Below are positions 41,405 to 48,549 of a stretch of DNA of 64,000 bases, in pieces. Below the pieces are notes generated by a model. That model saw only the letters and a list, made by a program, of their open reading frames with translations. It was not told the DNA's origin and did no database searches. The stretch comes from Desulfuromonadales bacterium (GTDB taxonomy: Bacteria; Desulfobacterota; Desulfuromonadia; Desulfuromonadales; SZUA-540). The stretch is from contig JAWSUS010000012.1 in NCBI GenBank assembly GCA_033549025.1, positions 27,480 to 91,479 on the forward strand. Direction: 5' to 3'. How positions within the stretch are numbered: position 1 is the stretch's first letter; each line of letters starts with the position of its first letter. The position numbers were made by a program, and so were the translations under genes.

Positions 41405-42256
41405 ATGAGACAGAGCTTGTCGTTCAAGGCCATCGTGCCCGTTGCTCTCACCGTTACCGGTTTTGTCACCGTGTGCAGTATCCTGCTGTACAGTTACAAC
41501 CGGCAGAATCTGGTAGCGGATGAGATCAAGCAGCAGAACAGCCTGGCGAACACGGTGGTCAAAGCCACGCGCTACAGTATGTTGAAATCAGACCGGGAAT
41601 CCCTCGCCCATACCATCCAGTATGTGGGGGAGAGCGATGGTCTGGTGCATCTGCGCATCTTCAACAAGAAGGGGATCATCTCCTTCTCTTCCGATCCGTC
41701 TGAAATCAATCAAATGGTAAAAAAAGAAGCGGAGGGCTGCGTGCAGTGCCACAGCGGTCCGGTTCCTCTGGCCACCCTGGGCACCAACGAACGGACCCGG
41801 CGCTATACCAACGAGCATGGTCTGGATGTCATGGCCATCACCGTTCCTATCTACAATGAACCAGGCTGCTTCGCCGGTGACTGTCACGTCCATTCGGAAG
41901 AGGAGAAGGTGCTGGGTACCCTGGATATCGGCATCTCGGAAGAACCGCTGAACGCCACCCTCGCCACCCTCGGCCAGGGACTGGTGGGATTCTGCCTGAT
42001 GATCCTGCTGCTGTCTGTCGGTGGGGTGGCCGCTCTTTTACACCGCAATGTGCTGCAGCCGATCAAAAACCTGGTCGATTTCAGTGAAAAAACTCTGCGA
42101 GGCGAACTGCATCATCCCCTGCCCGATGAGAATGCCGAAGTCGAGTTCCTGGGGCGCTCCATTCATCGTCTGGCGGCTCGCCAGCATGACAAGGGCAATT
42201 CCGCTGCGGTGCAAAGCCCTTCGCCGGAGAAAAGCCCAGTGACTCCAGAGGCCTGA
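41405..42256 (+). CDS. Membrane heme-c sensor-domain protein lacking a kinase domain
   Basis: TM, periplasmic CVQCH + CFAGDCH, TM, HAMP remnant, then stop; paralogous to the N-half of 37344-38930. Confidence 0.85.
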   Translation: MRQSLSFKAIVPVALTVTGFVTVCSILLYSYNRQNLVADEIKQQNSLANTVVKATRYSMLKSDRESLAHTIQYVGESDGLVHLRIFNKKGIISFSSDPSEINQMVKKEAEGCVQCHSGPVPLATLGTNERTRRYTNEHGLDVMAITVPIYNEPGCFAGDCHVHSEEEKVLGTLDIGISEEPLNATLATLGQGLVGFCLMILLLSVGGVAALLHRNVLQPIKNLVDFSEKTLRGELHHPLPDENAEVEFLGRSIHRLAARQHDKGNSAAVQSPSPEKSPVTPEA

Positions 42257-42257
42257 T

Positions 42258-42779
42258 GTGATGACCCTTTCGGCGGAAAATGGTTTCCTGACGCCAGAGC
42301 AGCGGCGTGCGCAGATCGAAAAGAGGATCGGTGTCCTTCAGCGCCGGGCCCGGACCGGGCTCTGGGGCATCCTCTCGTTCGTGCTGGTGAGCGTCCTTTT
42401 TGCCGGTGCGCAGTCGATCATTCTGTACGATTTTTTCTCGCTGGAAACGAGAAAGCTGCTGGGCGCGCCGCCACCGGCCAACCTTGTCAGCCTCGCCCTG
42501 GCGGTGTACAGCTTTTCCGCCCTGACGATCCTGCTGGCGCGTATGGCCAAGGGGGCGGGGGTTTACAAGGGCTGGCCCCATTTGGGGTATCTGGCCGCTT
42601 TCTATCTCTTCTACTGGGCCGGCAATGCGTTAAAAGGCAATTTCTGGGCGGTTTTCATCGCCGGCCTGACCATCCTCGGGCTTGAACACTATCGGACCTG
42701 GTCTGAAACCCAGCATGCTCTGGCCAAAGAGAAAGAGCTGCTTTATCAATTCGTGCGTTCGTCCTCGAATCCATCCTGA
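42258..42779 (+). CDS. 4-TM membrane protein, resembles CbcE-like subunit of Geobacter Cbc5 cluster
   Basis: Hydrophobic helices, LGAPPP, GWPHLGYLAAFY, NFWAVF. Family recognition from memory and context. Confidence 0.7.
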   Translation: MMTLSAENGFLTPEQRRAQIEKRIGVLQRRARTGLWGILSFVLVSVLFAGAQSIILYDFFSLETRKLLGAPPPANLVSLALAVYSFSALTILLARMAKGAGVYKGWPHLGYLAAFYLFYWAGNALKGNFWAVFIAGLTILGLEHYRTWSETQHALAKEKELLYQFVRSSSNPS

Positions 42780-43116
42780 CTTCCCCCACCGCCGTATTTT
42801 TCTTCCCCCCTCGGTTCTCCCCTGAAGATCCGTTTTTTATCGACTGTACATCTGGCTTATACGGCTGAGCGCCGCATGAAAAGTCCGGATATCGGGGCCT
42901 TGTGGTGCCTTGTCTGTGGGGGACTGCCCGGCGGGGGGGAGGTGGATAATCAGGTCATGCACCTCATCGCTTGGCCTGGGCGGGGTGCCGATTAATCGTC
43001 TTCCCGTAAAAAATGTAGAGATTCCATAGTGTTGAGGGTCATTCCCCTTTTTGTAAATGGATACTGCCCCGGCCTGGTCGCCCTGTTTCCGGAAGCCGCC
43101 CGCCGGCCAAGGGGCG

Positions 43117-43139
43117 GACGTATAGTTTGTTCATACGTC
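43117..43139. promoter_or_regulatory. Candidate enhancer site (GACGTAT-N9-ATACGTC)
   Basis: Perfect 7-bp inverted repeat; core ends 100 bp before the -24 GG. Confidence 0.6.
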
Positions 43140-43234
43140 ATCGGTATAAAAATTGGGGTCAGGCACGGTTCTGTTTTAGGTAAATAAGTGTCATTTCAGG
43201 TGTTTGTATTGTTTTTTAACGGATTTTAAGGTTT

Positions 43235-43250
43235 TGGCACAAGGGGTGCA
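43235..43250 (+). promoter_or_regulatory. Sigma54 (-24/-12) promoter of cbcBA-like operon
   Basis: TGGCACAAGGGGTGCA, GG-N10-GC, preceded by an AT-rich tract. Confidence 0.78.
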
Positions 43251-43362
43251 ATTTCAAGAAGACAAGAACAGACGAAGCAGGTGATGACGGTTGGATACAC
43301 AGGGTTCAGGATAATGCGGCGGATGGTTTATTGCCGCCAACCCCAGATGAAATGAGGATGCC

Positions 43363-43791
43363 ATGATGGAAAGAGCGATTCTCATAGCGGATAAGGATCC
43401 AGCCGTCAGAAAACAGATGGCCGCCCTTTGCATCGAGTCCGGCTATCAAGTGGTGGCGACCAACTCAGCGGCCCGCGTCCTGAGAGACATTCTGAAACGA
43501 AACGTCCAAGTGGTGCTGCTGGGCAGTGAGTTTGACGAGCTGGCCGCCGCCGACCTGATCCCGCTGTTCAAAATGCTCAACCGCGATCTCCCTATCATTC
43601 TCATGTCCAATGAAGTTTCCCTGGCCATGGAGCGCCGGATACGGCGGGAAGGCATTTTTTATCACGCTTTGAAGCCCCTGGATTCCCGTGACCGTGAGGA
43701 AATCAGGCTGGCTTTGAAATGTGCTTTCGAGGAACTGGAAAACCGCCTCGCCGGCGGTCATGCCAGAAAGTTATCTGTCAACCCACAATAG
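43363..43791 (+). CDS. Atypical receiver-domain protein
   Basis: Receiver fold (ILIADKD..., KP) but VVLLG where the phospho-acceptor Asp is expected. Confidence 0.8.
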   Translation: MMERAILIADKDPAVRKQMAALCIESGYQVVATNSAARVLRDILKRNVQVVLLGSEFDELAAADLIPLFKMLNRDLPIILMSNEVSLAMERRIRREGIFYHALKPLDSRDREEIRLALKCAFEELENRLAGGHARKLSVNPQ

Positions 43792-43802
43792 AGGAGGATG
43801 TC

Positions 43803-44039
43803 ATGAAAGCAACGCGTATTCTGTCGGCAGCCGCAAGTATGTGGATCGTTTCCGTTGTTCCGGCCCTCGCCGCCGCGGGTCGTGAAGATTCAAGCGGTCT
43901 GGTCGTCTGGGTTTTTCTCGGCTTCTGCGCCCTGATCGTGGTCGCCCAACTGCTTCCCGCTGCCATGATGCTGTTCGGCCTGGTCAAAGGGGCTTTCAGC
44001 CCGGCCCCCAAGGTGGCGAAATCTCAAATTAATGAATAA
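43803..44039 (+). CDS. Small membrane protein (paralogue 1)
   Basis: RBS GAGGAGG; signal-like N-terminus; SGLVVWVFLGFCALIVVAQL. Confidence 0.8.
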   Translation: MKATRILSAAASMWIVSVVPALAAAGREDSSGLVVWVFLGFCALIVVAQLLPAAMMLFGLVKGAFSPAPKVAKSQINE

Positions 44040-44136
44040 GCGCACGTCTGATTGCCAAAGGCAGTCCGCGGCGGCCGCAAGCAGATGAAAAACCCCTGGC
44101 CGCCGCAGCTCCGATGGCGTAAAAGGAGGCAAGAGT

Positions 44137-44370
44137 ATGAAAGCAGCGGTTTTTGCTCTGTTGTCATTAGGGATGCTGGGGACAGCCACATCGGCCTGGG
44201 CTAATTCGTTTGTCCCCGAGGGGACCAGCGGTCTGGTCATCTGGGTTTTTCTGGCTTATTGCGCCCTGGTGGTGGTAGCTCAGCTCATGGCGGCCTTGAA
44301 GGGACTCCGTTTCCTGATGGAGGAATGGAGCGAAAAGAAGAAAAAGGCCAGACGGGTCGCTTTACGTTAA
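44137..44370 (+). CDS. Small membrane protein (paralogue 2)
   Basis: RBS AGGAGG; SGLVIWVFLAYCALVVVAQL. Confidence 0.8.
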   Translation: MKAAVFALLSLGMLGTATSAWANSFVPEGTSGLVIWVFLAYCALVVVAQLMAALKGLRFLMEEWSEKKKKARRVALR

Positions 44371-44404
44371 TTCGTCGCGTGGTCAACTAAAGGAGGGCCT
44401 TGTT

Positions 44405-45457
44405 GTGTTGAAATGGATAAGAAGAATAAGTTTGATGACCGTGTTGATGGCCGGTCTGGTGGCGGCATCGGGCTGGGCGATGGAGAATGAGGACTGTCTT
44501 GGCTGCCATGCCGAGGCGGACATGGTCGGATCGGATCTGGTCATCGAGGCCGAGCAGTTTGACCATACCGCCCATGCGGAGATCGGTTGCACCAGTTGTC
44601 ATGCCAGCGTGACGGTAGAGCACCCCGATGACGGCCTGGTACCCAGCAAGGCCAGCTGCAACGACTGCCACGGGGAGGTTAATGAGGAATATGCCGCCAG
44701 CCTGCACGGCGACAAGGCCGCCTGCACCGACTGCCACAATCCCCATGATGTGCATGATCCGACCGCCGTTTCAGGTCACGACATGAACCAACAGTGCGAT
44801 ACCTGCCACCTGGAGGTGGATTCCATCCGCACCCACGCCCAGTGGCTGCCCCAGGCCGAGCTGCACATCGGGGCGCTTCCCTGCGTGGCCTGTCATACCG
44901 GCTCGAAAGAGTATGTGATCACCTGGTACATCATCAAACGGGAGAGTGACCCGCGCTATGGGGATTTCGAGCTGGCTTCCTACCGCGAACTGCAGAAGCT
45001 GGCCGGCGGCGACAACATCGACCGTCTGCTGGACAGCAATGAAGACGGCCGGATCGCTCTGGCCGAATTGAAAGACTTCAATGCACGGATTGACCTGAAA
45101 AACGAGGGAATCCGCCTTAAAGGCATGATGATGCCGGAACAGGTGACCCACAGTTTTCAGATTCTGGAAAATCGCTGGGACTGTTCCTTCTGCCATGCCT
45201 CCGGACCTGAAGCGATGCAGAACAGTTACGTTGCCTTCCCATTGGCGGACAATTCCTACCATCGTCTGCCCGTCGAGAAAGGGGCCGTTCTCGATGCTCT
45301 CAACGGCACCCCGGACTTCTACATGATGGGGGCGACGCGCAATGCCTCCTTGAACCTCATCGGTTTGGCCATCATCGCCGGCGGTCTGGTCATGCCCATC
45401 GGCCACGGAACGCTGCGCTTCCTGACCCGAAGCAAACGTCAAGGAAAGGGGCACTAG
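44405..45457 (+). CDS. cbcA: Heptaheme cytochrome c with C-terminal TM anchor (CbcA-like)
   Basis: Seven CxxCH, signal peptide, C-terminal TM with His (PIGHG); directly upstream of a cytochrome b. Orthology inferred from heme count and synteny. Confidence 0.85.
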   Translation: MLKWIRRISLMTVLMAGLVAASGWAMENEDCLGCHAEADMVGSDLVIEAEQFDHTAHAEIGCTSCHASVTVEHPDDGLVPSKASCNDCHGEVNEEYAASLHGDKAACTDCHNPHDVHDPTAVSGHDMNQQCDTCHLEVDSIRTHAQWLPQAELHIGALPCVACHTGSKEYVITWYIIKRESDPRYGDFELASYRELQKLAGGDNIDRLLDSNEDGRIALAELKDFNARIDLKNEGIRLKGMMMPEQVTHSFQILENRWDCSFCHASGPEAMQNSYVAFPLADNSYHRLPVEKGAVLDALNGTPDFYMMGATRNASLNLIGLAIIAGGLVMPIGHGTLRFLTRSKRQGKGH

Positions 45458-45459
45458 CC

Positions 45460-46155
45460 ATGAAAGCAAAAATGATCTATCTGCAGCCGACACCTGTCCG
45501 CATCTGGCACTGGCTCAACGCCCTGGGCATCATTACCCTGATTGCGACGGGTATTCAGATCCGCTTTCCCGAATTCGTCAACCTGTTCGGGACCTACAAG
45601 GCCGCCATCCGTCTGCACAATACGGCCGGGGTGGTCGTCGCCATTTCCTTCGGCCTCTGGCTCTTCTATTACCTGGTGGTTGCCGGCACCCTGAAAAAAT
45701 TGTATCTGCCGGGCAAGGACGACCTGCAGCATGGTCTTTTGCGTCAGGGGATATTCTACTTCTTCAACTACTTCCGCGGGGGGCCGAACCCTCACCACAC
45801 CACTCCGGATGACAAGTTCAATCCTTTGCAGAAGTCGGCCTACCTGGTCATCATGATGATCCTGGTCCCCCTGGTCATCGTCTCGGGCCTGCTGCTGATG
45901 AATATCGCGCCCTTACGGGAAGTGGTTCTGCTCTTCGGCGGTTTGAAGTTTTTGGTGGGACTCCACTTTCTGCTCGCCTGTTGCCTGTGCGCTTTTCTCT
46001 TCACCCACGTCTATCTGGCCACTCTGGGTCATACCGTGATGGCCCATATCGTCCCTATGTGGACGGGATGGGAGAAAGTGGAAGAGCCTGAGGAAGGCGA
46101 GCATGAGGAAACTCATGAAGGGGTCAAGGAGAGCACGCAGGTGAAAGCCGCCTGA
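45460..46155 (+). CDS. cbcB: Diheme cytochrome b (Ni/Fe-hydrogenase b-type family, CbcB-like)
   Basis: RIWHWLNA, RLHN, KFNPLQK, LHFL..FTHVY histidine pattern in 4 TM helices. Confidence 0.88.
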   Translation: MKAKMIYLQPTPVRIWHWLNALGIITLIATGIQIRFPEFVNLFGTYKAAIRLHNTAGVVVAISFGLWLFYYLVVAGTLKKLYLPGKDDLQHGLLRQGIFYFFNYFRGGPNPHHTTPDDKFNPLQKSAYLVIMMILVPLVIVSGLLLMNIAPLREVVLLFGGLKFLVGLHFLLACCLCAFLFTHVYLATLGHTVMAHIVPMWTGWEKVEEPEEGEHEETHEGVKESTQVKAA

Positions 46156-46174
46156 ACATAGCGTCATGACGAAC

Positions 46175-46215
46175 AAAAAAGAGGCCGCTCCCGAAAGGAA
46201 AGCGGCCTCTTTTTT
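46175..46215. terminator. Bidirectional intrinsic terminator
   Basis: A6-GAGGCCGCT...AGCGGCCTC-T6 between convergent genes. Confidence 0.9.
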
Positions 46216-46233
46216 ATGCAGGGAACGGGATTG

Positions 46234-46854
46234 TCAGCGGCACAGTTTCAGCGCAATCTCCGCCACCCGGCGGCCTTGGGCGCGGGCCAGGGTCAACTCG
46301 TTTTCACTGGGCTGGCGGGAGCCGTCTCCGGCCGCCAGGGTGCTGGCGCCGTAAGGCGTACCGCCGGTGACTTCATCCATTTTGAGCAGCCCCTTTTCCG
46401 AATAGGGTACCCCGACAATGACCATGCCGTGGTGCAGCAGGGTGGTGTGAAAGCTGGTGATGGTCGTCTCCTGCCCCCCGTGCTGGGTCGCGGTGGAGGT
46501 GAAGACGCTGCCCACCTTGCCGATAAGCTTGCCTTCCAGCCACAGCTTGCCCGTCTGGTCGAGAAAGTTGCGCATCTGGCCGCACATGTTGCCGAAGCGG
46601 GTGGGGGTGCCGAAGATAATGGCGTCCGCGTCGGCCAACTGCTGCGGGGTCGCCACGGGAACATGGGCAAAGGCCTGGCGGGCCTTGGCCGCACCGGCGG
46701 CTTTCAGGGCTTCTTCGCTCATGTGTTCCGGAACCTGCAGCAACAGGGCTTCGGCTCCTTCGATTTCATTCACGCCTGCCGCTATGGCTTCGGCCATCTG
46801 GTAGACATGGCCGTACATGCTGTAAAAGACAACCTGAATCTGGATTTTTTTCAT
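46234..46854 (-). CDS. wrbA: NAD(P)H:quinone oxidoreductase, WrbA family
   Basis: [33 protein letters not shown]. Confidence 0.95.
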   Translation of the reverse strand: MKKIQIQVVFYSMYGHVYQMAEAIAAGVNEIEGAEALLLQVPEHMSEEALKAAGAAKARQAFAHVPVATPQQLADADAIIFGTPTRFGNMCGQMRNFLDQTGKLWLEGKLIGKVGSVFTSTATQHGGQETTITSFHTTLLHHGMVIVGVPYSEKGLLKMDEVTGGTPYGASTLAAGDGSRQPSENELTLARAQGRRVAEIALKLCR

Positions 46855-47151
46855 GGTTCCTCCTCTAGTGAAAAATATGCGCCATATCGTCTGATTCTAA
46901 TCGAAGGAGGGCAAAGTTCAAGCGGTGTCGCCTATTTCCAATATCGGCGCGGCATTTAAGGGTAAATCCCGCTTTTTCACGGCTTCAGTCGGGGGATGGC
47001 CACGGATCGCCCGTGGGTTTTTGGGCCTGTTGAGGATTAAAATCCTATTAATATATTGAAATCAGTGAACATGAGAGAACGCCCCGGTGTTGGCTGAGTT
47101 TTTGCTAACAGGTTCTTTCAGACCGCTATTTTGCCCGGGGAGGTTCCGTTT

Positions 47152-48261
47152 TTGACACTTCATGCGTTTCTGATTGTCGGTTCCTCTTTGCTGCTGGGAC
47201 TGGCGGCCGGCGTGGTGATGCATCGCGCCGATTACTGTATCGCCGGCATGTTCCGCGACTTGTTCCTGACCGGCGTGGGCGGCATGCAGCGCAGTCTGCT
47301 GCTGCTGATCGCGGCCAGCATGGTGCTCCTCGAAGCCGGCCGTCTGGTCGGGCTCTTTCCCGAGATGCAGGCCCTCTATAAAACCCCGGCTCTCACCAAC
47401 CTGTTGGGCGGGATTCTCTTCGGCATCGGCATGGTGCTGGCCGGAGGCTGCGTCGTCGGGACACTCTACAAGATGGGAGCCGGGCGATTTCCGAGTCTGC
47501 TGGCGTTTTTGGGGCTGCTGGTCGGCAGTGTCCTCTACGCCGAAATTCACCCGGCCTGGATGGCGCTGACCGATTATCTCAAGCTGCCGGTAGCGGGCAA
47601 AACCCTGCCGGCGCATCTCGGCCTGGCGGCGACCCCGATGATCCTTGGATTTGCCCTTCTTCTGGCCGTTCCCGTAGGCCGCTGGCTGCGGACGGGGGCC
47701 ATGGTGAGGCCCTCGGTAGTTTCCGGCTACATTCAGCCTTGGAAAGCTGCGCTGCTGCTGGCTCTGATTGGCGTGGCCGCCTGTGCGCTGCTGGGATCCC
47801 CCATGGGCATAACCACCTCCTATGCCAAGATGGGAAGCTGGGTTGAACAGCTTTTTTTCCCGGAACACGTGGCCGGTCTGACCTATTTTCAAAGCGAAAC
47901 GAGGATGGCAGTGGAGCGTTTCGGCGGCGGGCCGCTCTACGGTGGGGGCGGGCCAAGGCTCGATGGCGTGGTGTTGCTGCAGTTTCCCCTGATTGCCGGC
48001 ATCGTTTTGGGCGCCGCCGCTTCGGCCATCCGCCTTGGTGAATTTCGACTGTCCTTTCGTCTGCCCTGGCGGCAGGCCCTTTCCGCCGTCCTGGGCGGGA
48101 TCGCTATGGGGCTGGCGTCCCGTCTGGCGCCGGGGTGCAATGTCTGGCACCTGCTGGGGGGAGGCCCCCTGCTGGTCACCCAGAGCCTGCTTTTCATCCT
48201 GGGACTCTTTCCCGGCGCCTGGCTGGGCGCCCGACTTTTCGTGAACGTGGTCCTGCGCTGA
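47152..48261 (+). CDS. YeeE/YedE (TsuA-like) sulfur-compound transporter
   Basis: HRADYCIAGMFRD, LAGGCVVG, LAPGCNVW cysteine motifs; multi-TM; TTG start after GGAGG is inferred. Confidence 0.9.
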   Translation: MTLHAFLIVGSSLLLGLAAGVVMHRADYCIAGMFRDLFLTGVGGMQRSLLLLIAASMVLLEAGRLVGLFPEMQALYKTPALTNLLGGILFGIGMVLAGGCVVGTLYKMGAGRFPSLLAFLGLLVGSVLYAEIHPAWMALTDYLKLPVAGKTLPAHLGLAATPMILGFALLLAVPVGRWLRTGAMVRPSVVSGYIQPWKAALLLALIGVAACALLGSPMGITTSYAKMGSWVEQLFFPEHVAGLTYFQSETRMAVERFGGGPLYGGGGPRLDGVVLLQFPLIAGIVLGAAASAIRLGEFRLSFRLPWRQALSAVLGGIAMGLASRLAPGCNVWHLLGGGPLLVTQSLLFILGLFPGAWLGARLFVNVVLR

Positions 48262-48292
48262 TGCGGCAGAACCATTCTGGTGGAGGGGGATT

Positions 48293-48535
48293 ATGGAAAC
48301 CCTGAGGCTCGATGTTCGCAACCAGATCTGTCCGTCCACGCTGCTGGTCGCCCTGAAAGAGATTAACACCCATCAGGCGGCTTTGCGCCATGGAACACTG
48401 GCCCTGGTGGTGCTGTCCGATAACCGGGATTCCACGACCCGTATCGCCGAAGCGGTCGAGAATATGGGATATGGCGTCAAGGTGGACAAGGAAGAGGCAC
48501 ACTATCGTCTGACCATCACCGGTCGAAGCGACTAA
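48293..48535 (+). CDS. TusA/YeeD-like sulfur carrier
   Basis: 80 aa, LDVRNQICP motif, VLSDN. Confidence 0.88.
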   Translation: METLRLDVRNQICPSTLLVALKEINTHQAALRHGTLALVVLSDNRDSTTRIAEAVENMGYGVKVDKEEAHYRLTITGRSD

Positions 48536-48549
48536 GAGAAGGATCATCC

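Noticed and set aside
42780..43110. Long intergenic region as an ncRNA
   Set aside because: No recognisable RNA family or terminator; length is compatible with a sigma54 enhancer region. A covariance-model search was not possible.
47071..47151. In-frame ATG...TGA extension upstream of the YeeE gene as a second Sec read-through
   Set aside because: No convincing hairpin after the TGA, no Cys-motif context, and a good RBS precedes the TTG at 47152.
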